Origin: an uncultured delta proteobacterium | GTDB lineage: Bacteria > Desulfobacterota > WTBG01 | Assembly (NCBI GenBank): GCA_963752035.1 | Contig: CAVVWZ010000027.1 | Span: 1 to 44,313 of the forward strand | DNA: 44,313 bases | Direction of reading: 5' to 3' | In this document: in pieces, positions 1 to 10,300 of the stretch | How positions within the stretch are numbered: position 1 is the first letter of the stretch | Layout of the letters: every line of letters begins with the position of its first letter | Made by a program: the position numbers and the translations under genes | Notes under the pieces: model-generated | Told to the model about the DNA's origin: nothing | Seen by the model: the letters and a program-made list of their open reading frames with translations, nothing else | Databases searched by the model: none

Positions 1-1
1 C

Positions 2-703
2 CTGTTAGGTGGAACGTTCAGGGGATCCTACAAGCCGTTAAATGACAATATAATTGGCGGCAGGATCAGGGGAATTGCGGGAGTGGTAGGATGTAACAAC
101 CCGCGTGGTGTGCACGACTTTGATCACCTCTCCCTGATAAAGGAGCTGATCAGGAACGATGTAATAGTATTGACCACAGGCTGTGCAGCGATGGCCTGCG
201 GTAAGGAAGGGCTGTTACTGCCGGAGTCGGCAAAAGAGTACTGCGGCTCAGGGCTGGCGGAGATCTGCGAGACGGTGGGAATACCGCCGGTGTTACACCT
301 GGGAGCATGTGTGGACAACAGCCGGATCCTGGTAGCAGCGACTGCGGTGGTAAAGGAAGGCGGTCTGGGAGATGACATCTCTGAGCTGCCGGCAGCGGGA
401 GCAGCGCCGGGCTGGATGAGTGAGAAGGCGATAGCCATCGGTCACTATTTTGTGGCCTCGGGAGTGTACACGCTGTTCGGGACGACCTTCCCGACGCTGG
501 GGAGCAAGAAGTACACGGACTACCTGTTTAATGAGCTTGAAGAGGTGTGGGGCGGCAAGTGGGACTATGAGCCGGACCCGATGAAGATGGCCGAGAAGAT
601 GATCGCGCACATAGACAAGAAGCGAAAGGCATTAGGTATTGACAAGGCACGTGAAAGAGTGTTATACGATATGGAAATGAGGCGTGACTTGGAGAGCGCG
701 TAA
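2..703 (+). CDS. cooS: Anaerobic Ni,Fe carbon monoxide dehydrogenase catalytic subunit, C-terminal part (truncated by window start)
   Basis: Frame open from base 2: GRIRGIAGVVGCNNPR, TTGCAA, PPVLHLGACVDNSR and WMSEKA are CooS C-cluster motifs. Confidence 0.93.
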   Translation: MLGGTFRGSYKPLNDNIIGGRIRGIAGVVGCNNPRGVHDFDHLSLIKELIRNDVIVLTTGCAAMACGKEGLLLPESAKEYCGSGLAEICETVGIPPVLHLGACVDNSRILVAATAVVKEGGLGDDISELPAAGAAPGWMSEKAIAIGHYFVASGVYTLFGTTFPTLGSKKYTDYLFNELEEVWGGKWDYEPDPMKMAEKMIAHIDKKRKALGIDKARERVLYDMEMRRDLESA

Positions 704-732
704 AAGCTATATGTATGATCAGGGAGGAAGAT

Positions 733-1053
733 ATGGATATTAGAATTGATAAGAATGTGGTTGAGTTTACCCCGGAATCAGAAAAGGAAACGAAACAGTT
801 GGAAGGACTCTGGAGGACAATCGTTGATTGTGCTCGATTTAGCCGGAGGATGGTACCAATTGGTGAGTATCTGCCTACCCAGAAAAACATGGCACGCTTT
901 GCGATAGAAGGAGAAAAGGTAAGTGAATCTCAGGAGAAGTTCGCTGAAAGTGAAGGGCGGTATGTCTGCTTGACATGCAATAAATATGTCATGCTGAAGG
1001 AAGGTGACCAGATTCCTCTCTGTTGCGGCAAGCTGATGGAGTTTTATGATTGA
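733..1053 (+). CDS. Conserved hypothetical protein with C-terminal CxxC...CCG metal-binding domain
   Basis: GGAGGA RBS before ATG 733; ends CLTCNK...PLCCGKLM, resembling a desulforedoxin/Zn-ribbon motif. Confidence 0.7.
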   Translation: MDIRIDKNVVEFTPESEKETKQLEGLWRTIVDCARFSRRMVPIGEYLPTQKNMARFAIEGEKVSESQEKFAESEGRYVCLTCNKYVMLKEGDQIPLCCGKLMEFYD

Positions 1054-1081
1054 TTGTTGAACCGACTAGATTGACTTTTGT

Positions 1082-1118
1082 AAAAAATGTCCCGCAGGTT
1101 ATTGCGGGGCATTTTTTT
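1082..1118. terminator. Probable bidirectional intrinsic terminator
   Basis: AAAAAATGTCCCGCA-GGTTAT-TGCGGGGCATTTTTTT between convergent genes. Confidence 0.75.
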
Positions 1119-1722
1119 ATGGTTTATCTTTTACGAACAGAAGAGGGAAGACTATATCGCTTATACAGCAGGGGATCCACACCGAGACGAAAAGAAATAC
1201 GAATATTACTACATATGAAAACCAGTCAAGGGTTCCTCCGGCGGCCATGATAGTATGGAAGAGGGATGCCCAAGTGCTGAGCAGGACATGACCGGCATGA
1301 GGGAATTTTGTGGTTGGATTGTAGTAGGCGATTGCAATACCAAGGAACGCTAAGGGATTTACTAGCCACCACTCTTCGATAAAACCAAGATGGGCCCCTC
1401 TATTAGGTAAATCAAGCAGCACTTCACCGAGATAAGGGATTAAACAGTCACTCAGGGTGGCTATGCCTACTGAACCACAATAGCCAATGAGGATGAGCAC
1501 CCAGAGTTTGCTTTTCCCCTTTGAATGTAGTTTGTACATGGATGCAGTAACAAGTGCACTGAGAAGAACGTGTATGGGGTGAAGGGTATAGAAGATGTTA
1601 TAGGAAAGCCTGGCAGGAATGCTGAAAGAAGAATACAGCAGCATAATGAATATGCCTGTCAAAGCTCCGAGAATGGTAAAGGGTGAATGTACTTTCAGCT
1701 CAGCAAGAATTAACCGTACCAT
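1117..1722 (-). CDS. His-rich integral membrane protein of unknown function
   Basis: About 6 hydrophobic segments with HSPFT, HPIHVLLS, HAGHVLLS and CCISD motifs. Confidence 0.75.
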   Translation of the reverse strand: MVRLILAELKVHSPFTILGALTGIFIMLLYSSFSIPARLSYNIFYTLHPIHVLLSALVTASMYKLHSKGKSKLWVLILIGYCGSVGIATLSDCLIPYLGEVLLDLPNRGAHLGFIEEWWLVNPLAFLGIAIAYYNPTTKFPHAGHVLLSTWASLFHTIMAAGGTLDWFSYVVIFVFLFVSVWIPCCISDIVFPLLFVKDKP

Positions 1723-1819
1723 CTGATTCCACTACTATTCAAAGCTCTCATCTATTGGTTTGTACCGTCATACCATGCACCTGGAGTGGCTACAAAAACC
1801 TTCACTGTCGTTATGTGAC

Positions 1820-2332
1820 CTACTGTGCGGCTGCGGGAGGTGTGAAAACACGTTGTCCCAGTTCACTGTCAAGCATGAATAAACCCCCACTGGCATCGCC
1901 CATAAGTTTTATTTTTTGAACCACTTCATCCGCAGAGGCCTCTTCCTCCACCTGTTCGGCTACAAACCATTGGAGAAAATTATTTGTGGCATGGTCCTGT
2001 TCAGCAATAGACAGATCAACCAGATTGTTAATCAAGCCGGTAACCTTTTGCTCGTGTTCGTAGGCATGTTCAAAAACTGCCAGAGGAGATGACCATTCTG
2101 TCCGTGGCCCTTCAATGGAGGTTAATACAACTTTTCCCCCTCTCTCAATTATGAAGTCATAGAACTTCATTGCATGTACCAGTTCTTCCTGTGTCTGAAC
2201 TCTCATCCAGTTGGCAAATCCTTTGAGATTTATTGATTCAAAATAAGCAGCCATTGAGAGGTAGAGATATGAAGAATAAATCTCTGCATTTAAATGTTTA
2301 GTGAGTGCTTTCTCTATCTTTTCTTTAAGCAT
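1820..2332 (-). CDS. ftnA: Non-haem ferritin
   Basis: [29 protein letters not shown] and [14 protein letters not shown] ferroxidase motifs. Confidence 0.95.
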   Translation of the reverse strand: MLKEKIEKALTKHLNAEIYSSYLYLSMAAYFESINLKGFANWMRVQTQEELVHAMKFYDFIIERGGKVVLTSIEGPRTEWSSPLAVFEHAYEHEQKVTGLINNLVDLSIAEQDHATNNFLQWFVAEQVEEEASADEVVQKIKLMGDASGGLFMLDSELGQRVFTPPAAAQ

Positions 2333-2348
2333 GGTAGAACCTCCTCTA

Positions 2349-2540
2349 TTAATCAGTTTCTATCATCTGTATTGCTCCCTCAGGGCATGCAGGGATACAT
2401 ATACCATCTGCGTCACATTTTCCGTAATCAATGGTCGTTTTCCCTTCCAGAATTGAAATAGCCTTTTGAGGGCAGGCTTTAACACATTCACCACTCAATC
2501 TGCACTTTTGATTGTCAATAACAACTTTTGTGTTTCCCAT
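2349..2540 (-). CDS. Small dicluster-type ferredoxin with atypical ligands
   Basis: [12 protein letters not shown] and [12 protein letters not shown]. Confidence 0.85.
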   Translation of the reverse strand: MGNTKVVIDNQKCRLSGECVKACPQKAISILEGKTTIDYGKCDADGICIPACPEGAIQMIETD

Positions 2541-2990
2541 GGGTGCCTCACACTGTCGGATAAACTGTCTATTAATTGTTGCATATTTTTACAACATCTT
2601 ATCCTTGAGGACAAGTTATATTTTAATGAGGCTTTAAATTAAAGAGGCACTGTAGAAGGTATAACCGGTGAAATCCTTCCCCCGAAACTAAATCTAATTA
2701 ACTGTTTAAACGTTTACTTACGGGAAGGGATTATGGTTGCCGGGAGATTTTAAACACCTGCCTGATAACAGAAAAAGTTTGTTAGGAATAGATAAGTGCC
2801 TATAAATAATTACTTATTTAATAAAGAAATGCAAGTAGGAATAGTAATTAAAGATTATTAGATTAATAAACAATATTTATCTAGCACTTATTAAAGCAGT
2901 ACAGTTATAATTCTTAATAAAAAACAGATAGTTGACTGAAATTATGTAAAAATATTCAGAAATATCATCTAAATAAATAGAGCATAAAGA

Positions 2991-3018
2991 TTGACAATTT
3001 AATAAAAGTAATTATTAT
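2991..3018 (+). promoter_or_regulatory. Candidate sigma70 promoter for the sigma-factor gene
   Basis: TTGACA-16 nt-TATTAT, but in very AT-rich DNA where chance matches are common. Confidence 0.4.
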
Positions 3019-3170
3019 TTAACAAATAATAAAACTATACTAAATTTATAATTACTTTAAACTATACAGTGTAGCTAAATAATGATAAATATTCTAGAAA
3101 AAAATAATGTTATATAAAACAGTGCATTAGAACTTTAATGAACTGAATAATCATAAGAGAGGAGTACAAT

Positions 3171-4655
3171 ATGGAAACTAATTATTTCTTTAACAAGTCT
3201 GAAGAATTAGAAGAAATTGAGTCAGAAATGTATTCCAGCGAAATAACTAATAAGAAGCATCTTACATTGGTTCCTGGTAATCAGAATAGTGCTGCTGAGC
3301 AAGATCAAATAGTGTTTACCGACCAAAAAGAAGGTGAAGAGAAGCAGAATGAGATAGCTGAAGATGATGATGAGATTCTTTATGCAGATCTGCAAAACAT
3401 GTCACGATCGTCTTTAGCAATATACTTTAAATCAATAAACAAGTACCCCCTTCTGGATGAGGACACCGAAAGAACCCTTGCAAAGTTGATTAAAAAGTGT
3501 GAAAGGGAGTGTACTGGATTGATTGGGAAGTGGCGCACTATTTTAAAGAGTGAATTGATTGGATTATCGCCTGTCAGACAGCTGCCAGAGGTCAAAAGGG
3601 AACTAAAGCAATTAGATACCTATTTTACACTCTTTGATGATATTCTCAGTTTGGATAAGGAATGGAAAAAAGTCAACCGCTTGTTGAAGCAGGCTTCCAA
3701 ACGATCCCGTGGGGTGGAGCAGCTTCAGGAGGAACTGAATAAGATAGAGGCAGAAATTTCAAAATCTATTTCAAAGGTCCACCTGGAAGATAAAACGATA
3801 AATGATTTTATGAGGAACATTAAGAGAATACCCTTTTTAAAAAAATATGAAAAAAGGCACAAAGAAACAGAAGGTTCATTGAAAAAAACACTCAGGGATA
3901 TTGAAGGAATCTCTAGGAACATTAAGACCTATAAAAATCAGCTTGTCGAAGCTAACCTCAGGCTGGTTATTAGTATAGCCAAAAAATACATGCACCATGG
4001 CGTTACACTGCCTGATCTGATACAGGAGGGTAACCTCGGTTTGATCAGGGCAATTGACACCTATGATTTTCGTAGGGGGCACAGATTGGTAACCTATGCA
4101 ACCTGGTGGATACGACAGGCAATGATCAGGGCAATCGACTGCCAGTCTAAAACCGTGAGAACACCCGTGTATGTTAATGAAAAAATTAACCAGATTGTCA
4201 AGGCTTCTAATAAACTGTTCCAGGAGTTTAACAGGGAACCAACCCTGGATGAGCTATCGGAAGAAACTACAATCCCCCAGAAGGTCATTGAGAAAATGAT
4301 GCAGAGCTTTAAAAAAGATTATATTCCCTTAGATGTGCTGATAGATGAAAAGGGTGAACAGATAGTTAACAATGCTTACGGTGCTGAGGATGGTTCAATT
4401 TCTGATCAGGCACTTTCTTCACATTTGTCCCATATAATAAACGACCTGGTTTTATCTGACTTAACAGACAGGGAGCAGGAAATCATAAAACTCCGCTTTG
4501 GTATAGGACAGAAATATGACCACACCCTGGAAGAAATTGGTGAGGAATTTAATTTGAGCAGGGAACGTATAAGACAAATTTTAGAAGTGGCCTTGCACAA
4601 AATTAGAGCACCTAAACAGATGATGTTATTGAAGGATTTTGTTAATCCTAACTGA
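3171..4655 (+). CDS. Sigma70-family RNA polymerase sigma factor (divergent RpoD/RpoS-like paralogue)
   Basis: Region 1.2 (YFKSINKYPLL), region 2 (ANLRLVISIAKKY, DLIQEGNLGL, TYATWWIRQ) and region 4.2 (TLEEIGEEFNLSRERIRQI). Confidence 0.92.
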   Translation: METNYFFNKSEELEEIESEMYSSEITNKKHLTLVPGNQNSAAEQDQIVFTDQKEGEEKQNEIAEDDDEILYADLQNMSRSSLAIYFKSINKYPLLDEDTERTLAKLIKKCERECTGLIGKWRTILKSELIGLSPVRQLPEVKRELKQLDTYFTLFDDILSLDKEWKKVNRLLKQASKRSRGVEQLQEELNKIEAEISKSISKVHLEDKTINDFMRNIKRIPFLKKYEKRHKETEGSLKKTLRDIEGISRNIKTYKNQLVEANLRLVISIAKKYMHHGVTLPDLIQEGNLGLIRAIDTYDFRRGHRLVTYATWWIRQAMIRAIDCQSKTVRTPVYVNEKINQIVKASNKLFQEFNREPTLDELSEETTIPQKVIEKMMQSFKKDYIPLDVLIDEKGEQIVNNAYGAEDGSISDQALSSHLSHIINDLVLSDLTDREQEIIKLRFGIGQKYDHTLEEIGEEFNLSRERIRQILEVALHKIRAPKQMMLLKDFVNPN

Positions 4656-4744
4656 TTGATGCCGCCCATCAGATAAATTCTTGTTATGCTAGTGATTTTT
4701 TTGTTATAGCATAAGCATTGAAATGTGTAGAGAGGGAGTTATTC

Positions 4745-5194
4745 ATGGTACGAAACAAGTATTTTGATGGAGGGGATTTTGAGAGTGTCCAGCAGAGAAT
4801 GGAAAAGATGTTGGAAAATATTTTCGATGAAATGAGACCCACCAGGTTTTCTGCAGAAAAGATGTGGAAACCACCAGTTGATATTTATGAGACAGCAGAG
4901 GAAGTTATTGTCCTGGTTGAGGTTGCCGGCATGAATAAGAAGGATATTACGGTAACGTTGGACAATAATATTCTTAAGATCAGTGGAGTCCGTCCGGACT
5001 ATTCCCCCTCCACAAAAAGTAGAATTCACCAAATGGAAATAGACTACGGAAAATTTGAAAGGATAATGAAGATTGCTATTCCCATAGATACTGAACAGAC
5101 CAGTGCCCATTATAAAGAGGGATTTTTGAAAATTTCCATTCCAAAGAAAAAACAGCAACAAACCGTGATTGTGGGAACCTCTAAGGAAGACTAA
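4745..5194 (+). CDS. Small heat-shock protein (Hsp20/alpha-crystallin family)
   Basis: [33 protein letters not shown]; RBS GAGGGAG before ATG 4745. Confidence 0.92.
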   Translation: MVRNKYFDGGDFESVQQRMEKMLENIFDEMRPTRFSAEKMWKPPVDIYETAEEVIVLVEVAGMNKKDITVTLDNNILKISGVRPDYSPSTKSRIHQMEIDYGKFERIMKIAIPIDTEQTSAHYKEGFLKISIPKKKQQQTVIVGTSKED

Positions 5195-5211
5195 ACTGCA
5201 GGAGACTGTTT

Positions 5212-7563
5212 ATGAAACAATCCGACAAAGATACACAATCTGCTGCAATGCCTGAAGAACATATCCCCGAAGAACTTGCCATTCTCCCCTTGAAAGGCGG
5301 TGTAGTGTATCCCAACGCTGTGATGCCCATCACTATTGGCCAGGAGAGATCTATTAAACTGATTGACGATGCCCTGGTCAAAGATAAGATCATTGCTGTT
5401 GTTTCAGTGAAGAATTCAGATGCGGAAGTCCCCAGCCAGGAAGATTTATACTCTATCGGATGCCTGGCAACCATCGTTAAAATGATGAAACTGCCGGATG
5501 ACCACATGAGTGTGCTGGTTCAGGGACAATCCAGGATACGGGTCGGGGAATATACACAGACTGCACCATACTTAAAGGCAAAGATAGACGTCATTGAGGA
5601 AAAGATTGAAAAAGATGTTGAAATCGAAGCACAGATGGTAAGCATTAAGAATCTTTTCCAAAGAGCGGTTGAGCTTTCTCCCCATATTCCTTCCGAGGTG
5701 GGAATAATGGTTATGAATATGGATGATCCAAGAACCCTGGCAGACCTTATTGCCTCAAATTTTAATATTAGCGTTGCCGAGAAACAGGAGATCCTGGAGA
5801 TCATTGATATCAAAAAGCGGTTGGAAAGAGTTACTGAAATTCTCAACAAAGAGCTGCAGGTTTTAGAATTGGGGAGTAAGATTCAGGGTGAGCTTAAAAA
5901 GGAGATGGATAAAAACCAGAGGGAGTATTATCTGCGGGAACAGCTTAAGGCTATACAGAAAGAGTTAGGAGAGGAAGATGAGCGCAGCGTGGAGGTTAAT
6001 GAACTCAAAGAGAAGATAGAAAAGGCACAGATGCCACAAGAGGTTAACCAGGTTGCAGAAAAAGAGCTTGACCGTCTTTCAAAAATGCCTCCATCTGCTG
6101 CAGAATACACTGTTTCCAGAACCTACCTGGATTGGCTCATTGAACTTCCCTGGTCTGTTGCTACGGAAGATAACCTTGATATTGATGAAGCACAGAAAGT
6201 GCTTGATGAGGATCACTATGATCTCGAAAAGGTAAAAAAGAGAATTCTTGAATATCTTGCTGTGAGAAAATTAAAACCTGACATGAAAGGCCCTATTCTC
6301 TGCTTTGCTGGTCCACCGGGAACGGGAAAAACCTCACTGGGTAAATCTATTGCACGGGCATTGGGCAGAAAATTTATACGCCTGTCCCTTGGAGGGGTAC
6401 GGGATGAGGCCGAAATCAGGGGGCACCGCAGAACTTATGTGGGGGCACTGCCAGGCCGTGTAATTCAGGGAATAAAAAAGGCCGGGTCCTGCAACCCTGT
6501 TTTTATGCTGGATGAAGTTGATAAAATTGGAGCCGACTTTAGGGGTGATCCATCCTCAGCCCTTTTGGAGGTGTTGGACCCTGAACAGAACTTCTCCTTT
6601 TCTGACAATTATCTTGAAGTGCCCTTTGATCTCTCCCAGGTGATGTTTATAACCACGGCTAATATTCTTGACACCATACCCCCAGCACTGCGTGACCGTA
6701 TGGAGGTCCTTGATTTAACAGGCTATACGGACGAAGAAAAATTGATGATTGCAAAAAAGTATTTGGTCCCAAGACAGCTGGAGGCCCACGGCCTCAAAGA
6801 GGAAAATCTTTCCTTTGAAGATGCCGCTCTCAAAACTGTCATCAGTGGATATACCAGGGAAGCGGGTTTGCGTAATCTGGAGAGGGAGATTGCTGCCATC
6901 TGCAGAAGTGTTGCAAAAGACTTTGCTCAGGGGAAGCAGGATGTGGTAACAATTGCAGATGAGACGGTTCGTTCCTTCCTTGGTCCTCAAAAATTCTTTT
7001 CGGATATTGCTGAGAGAACCTCTGTCCCGGGAGTGGCAACAGGATTGGCGTGGACTTCCACCGGAGGAGATATTCTTTTTATTGAAGCTACAAAAATGAA
7101 GGGTAACAAATCTCTTACCCTAACGGGCTCTCTCGGAGATGTTATGAAGGAGTCTGCGCAGGCCGCATTAAGTTACATCAGGTCCAAAGCAAAGGATCTT
7201 AACATTCCGGAGGACTTCTTCGAAAATAATGATATTCACCTTCACGTTCCGGCTGGTGCAATTCCCAAGGATGGCCCTTCTGCGGGTGTCACCATGTATA
7301 CTGCCCTTTGTTCCCTGCTTACCGGTAAACCGGTGAGAAGTGATATAGCAATGACTGGTGAAATAACTCTGCGGGGAGCAGTGCTCCCGGTAGGGGGTAT
7401 TAAAGAAAAGATACTGGCAGCAAGACGTGCAGGTATTACCAAAGTGATTCTCCCCAGGAAAAATGAAAATAATCTGGAAGACATCCCTGAAACTATAAAA
7501 AATGGAATGGAATTTTTTCTTGTTGACACTATGGATGGTGTTTTAGAAAAGGCTCTTAGATAA
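5212..7563 (+). CDS. lon: ATP-dependent Lon protease
   Basis: Lon N-domain, Walker [10 protein letters not shown], Walker B MLDEVDK, catalytic PKDGPSAG and GGIKEK. Confidence 0.97.
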   Translation: MKQSDKDTQSAAMPEEHIPEELAILPLKGGVVYPNAVMPITIGQERSIKLIDDALVKDKIIAVVSVKNSDAEVPSQEDLYSIGCLATIVKMMKLPDDHMSVLVQGQSRIRVGEYTQTAPYLKAKIDVIEEKIEKDVEIEAQMVSIKNLFQRAVELSPHIPSEVGIMVMNMDDPRTLADLIASNFNISVAEKQEILEIIDIKKRLERVTEILNKELQVLELGSKIQGELKKEMDKNQREYYLREQLKAIQKELGEEDERSVEVNELKEKIEKAQMPQEVNQVAEKELDRLSKMPPSAAEYTVSRTYLDWLIELPWSVATEDNLDIDEAQKVLDEDHYDLEKVKKRILEYLAVRKLKPDMKGPILCFAGPPGTGKTSLGKSIARALGRKFIRLSLGGVRDEAEIRGHRRTYVGALPGRVIQGIKKAGSCNPVFMLDEVDKIGADFRGDPSSALLEVLDPEQNFSFSDNYLEVPFDLSQVMFITTANILDTIPPALRDRMEVLDLTGYTDEEKLMIAKKYLVPRQLEAHGLKEENLSFEDAALKTVISGYTREAGLRNLEREIAAICRSVAKDFAQGKQDVVTIADETVRSFLGPQKFFSDIAERTSVPGVATGLAWTSTGGDILFIEATKMKGNKSLTLTGSLGDVMKESAQAALSYIRSKAKDLNIPEDFFENNDIHLHVPAGAIPKDGPSAGVTMYTALCSLLTGKPVRSDIAMTGEITLRGAVLPVGGIKEKILAARRAGITKVILPRKNENNLEDIPETIKNGMEFFLVDTMDGVLEKALR

Positions 7564-7627
7564 GACTGGATTTTATATTTACCTGTGCTATTATTTTCTT
7601 ATCAACCTGCAGTAAAGAGAAGAAGTA

Positions 7628-8413
7628 ATGCATTCGAAAGACAAGATGCGAGCAGATGACATGAGCCTAGCTGCCTGTGATGTGAACATACCCTTCAGTA
7701 CATATACTGAGGGGTGTTTATTTTCTGTCATAATACCTGTGCTGCACGAGTCGGAGTCCATCAATACAGTAATCAAAAATCTTTCAGAAAGGCCCATTCA
7801 GCACAATATTGAACTTATAGTTGTTGATGGATCAGACCGGCAGGATACCATCAATGCAATACATGCGCAAAATGTCATTTGCCTTGTATCTACTGAAGGG
7901 CGTGCCCGGCAGATGAATGCCGGTGCATCTGTTGCACGTGGAGATGTGCTGGTGTTTCTCCATGCTGATACTATAGTGCCTTCTAACGCTTTCAGTTCCA
8001 TGAAAGCAGCTCTTAAAGACAGGCAGGTTGTGGGTGGTGCGTTTGATTTGGGTATACGGTCGAACAGGCTTATTTTTAAAGTCATTAGTAAGATTGCATC
8101 GCTGCGCTCCCGTTTAACCCGCATTCCCTATGGTGATCAAACGATTTTCATACGAAAGGCCTATTTCCATGCCATAGGTGGCTACCGGGAAATTCCCTTG
8201 ATGGAAGATGTAGAACTTATGCAGCGTATAAAAAGACGTGGGGATACTATCAGTATCCTTTCAGAGAAGGTCTCAACTGCGCCCCGCAGATGGGAACGGG
8301 AAGGGATTGTTTACTGTACCCTGCGTAATTGGATTGTGATACTTCTGTATTATTTTGGTGTATCACCCCAGAGACTGGTTCATTACTACAGACCTCATGG
8401 GAAAGTATCCTAG
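7628..8413 (+). CDS. GT2 glycosyltransferase, TIGR04283-like (arsenosugar/rSAM-associated); start uncertain
   Basis: SVIIPVLHE, VVDG, GRARQMNAGA, FLHAD, PYGDQTIF, PLMEDVE, RRW. Confidence 0.88.
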   Translation: MHSKDKMRADDMSLAACDVNIPFSTYTEGCLFSVIIPVLHESESINTVIKNLSERPIQHNIELIVVDGSDRQDTINAIHAQNVICLVSTEGRARQMNAGASVARGDVLVFLHADTIVPSNAFSSMKAALKDRQVVGGAFDLGIRSNRLIFKVISKIASLRSRLTRIPYGDQTIFIRKAYFHAIGGYREIPLMEDVELMQRIKRRGDTISILSEKVSTAPRRWEREGIVYCTLRNWIVILLYYFGVSPQRLVHYYRPHGKVS

Positions 8414-8464
8414 TATTGTGTGTAAGAGAAGCCCCTTTAAGAAAATACAAAGGAGACTATAGTT

Positions 8465-9562
8465 ATGGGAGGAACTGATACACCTTCTGGCAGAGATGAT
8501 GGAACCCCGATGGATGTTAAGCGTACAGTCAAACACTATTACGGCGAAATATTACAGAGCACAACCGACCTGCAAACGGATGCCTGCTGCACCGGTGATT
8601 CCATGCCGGACTATATAAAAAGAGTATTGCCCTTAATTCATGATGATATTAAGGCCAAGTTTTACGGGTGTGGCTCGCCTATTCCTCTTAGCATTGATGG
8701 GCTTAAAGTGCTTGATGTGGGCTGTGGTACGGGAAGGGATTGCTATATCATGTCCAAGCTCGTTGGGGAAGATGGATTTGTTTATGGTATTGATATGACT
8801 GAGAATCAGCTGGCAGTAGCACAGAGGTATATCCAAGAGCAGACCCGGCAATTTGCCTTTACAAAGCCGAATGTCCGATTTATTCTTGATGACATGGAAA
8901 GTATTGAGAATCATTTTGCTGGAGCATCTTTAGACCTGGTAACTTCAAACTGTGTCGTCAATTTGGCAGAAGATAAAGAGGTGATCTTACAGCAGGTTTA
9001 CCATGTATTGCGATCTGGTGGTGAATTCTATTTTGCGGATGTTTATGCCGACAGAAGAATTCCCGATTCGATCAAAACCAATGAGCTGCTCTATGGTGAG
9101 TGTCTGGGCGGTGCTCTCTACTTCAGGGATTTTGAAAGGATAGCCAATAAGGTGGGATTTGCCGATCCACGTGTTGTTCACAAGCAGGTGATTCCCGTAA
9201 ACAATGATTCTGTAAAAAAACTTGTCGGGAATATCACCTTTTATTCCATAACCTATCGTTTGTGGAAGCTTGAAGGACTTGAAGCTACCTGTGAAGACTA
9301 TGGCCAGACGGCTACCTATCTCGGCGGCATACCTGAGGCTTCCTCATCATTTCGACTCGATGGAAGTCATCTGTTTGAGAAAAATAAAACTGAAAAAATC
9401 TGTGGAAACACGGCACTGATGCTTTCGCAAACAAGGTTTAAACAGTTTTTTAAGGTGACGGGTGATTTTAGAGAGCACCTGGGGGCATTCAGGGATTGTT
9501 CCACTACTGCAAATAAAGATGGTGAAGTTGCTATACCGCCAGTTTCGGAGAGTTGCCGTTAA
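8465..9562 (+). CDS. arsM: ArsM/AS3MT-like SAM-dependent arsenite methyltransferase
   Basis: DLQTDACC, FYGCGSPIP, VLDVGCGTGRD, SNCVVNL, LYGECLGGAL, CEDYGQ. Confidence 0.82.
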   Translation: MGGTDTPSGRDDGTPMDVKRTVKHYYGEILQSTTDLQTDACCTGDSMPDYIKRVLPLIHDDIKAKFYGCGSPIPLSIDGLKVLDVGCGTGRDCYIMSKLVGEDGFVYGIDMTENQLAVAQRYIQEQTRQFAFTKPNVRFILDDMESIENHFAGASLDLVTSNCVVNLAEDKEVILQQVYHVLRSGGEFYFADVYADRRIPDSIKTNELLYGECLGGALYFRDFERIANKVGFADPRVVHKQVIPVNNDSVKKLVGNITFYSITYRLWKLEGLEATCEDYGQTATYLGGIPEASSSFRLDGSHLFEKNKTEKICGNTALMLSQTRFKQFFKVTGDFREHLGAFRDCSTTANKDGEVAIPPVSESCR

Positions 9563-10300
9563 TGGGGTTGAATCGTATGATTGGACTGTTGACGGCTATT
9601 ACACTCTTGGTGGCGATACCATCCGTTGCAGGTGACAAAAACGTATTGTTCAGAGATGATTTTGAAACCCTTGATAATTGGAGGCCATTCTACTTCCCCA
9701 AAATAAAAAAGTATTCTACCTATGTAATTCATGCTGAAGGAGATACCACAGTTCTGAAGGCAGAAAGCTTTGCTTCTGCCTCGGCACTCGTCTATAAAGA
9801 TACTTTTAGTGTGTATGACTATCCCTGTGCACGATGGCGATGGAAGGTGGAAAACGTATATAGGAGTGGTGATGCCCGGAATAAACAGGGGGATGATTAT
9901 CCCATGCGTGTTTATGTTGTGTTCCAATACCAGCCGGGAGAGGCGGGTTTTTTTACAAAGGTAAAGAATGCAGCAGCTAAACTTTTCTATGGTGAATATC
10001 CTCCCCACAGCACTCTAAATTATCTGTGGGCAAACAAAAGACATGAAGAAGCCATTCTTACCAGTACTTATACCGGCAAATCGAAACTCATTGCTTTGCA
10101 GGCTGGGGAGTGAACAAGCCGGAACATGGCATGTCGAGACTGTTAATATTGTGGAAGATTATGTAAACGCCTTTGGCTCCAAACCACCGGATAAAGCGGG
10201 TATTGCAATCATGAACGATTCTGATAATACCGGTGAACAGTCAGTTTCATACCTTGATTATATTGAAGTTTACCGGGAAATGGAGAACAATGATTCCTGA
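9553..10300 (+). CDS. DUF3047-like exported protein (frameshift in the G-run at ~10105)
   Basis: Signal-peptide-like N-terminus, WRWKV, GDDYPMRVYV, LNYLWAN; second frame IAIMNDSDNTG. Confidence 0.8.

Noticed and set aside
2790-3170. AT-rich tract as a replication origin
   Set aside because: No clustered DnaA boxes noticed and no dnaA/rep/par genes nearby.
4684-4714. TTATGCTA-n15-TAGCATAA before hsp20 as a CIRCE element
   Set aside because: Sequence, orientation and spacing do not match TTAGCACTC-n9-GAGTGCTAA; at most an unknown operator.
10105-10113. TGA in the DUF3047 gene as possible Sec or programmed frameshift
   Set aside because: It follows a G-run and the protein continues in another frame; best explained as an indel error.
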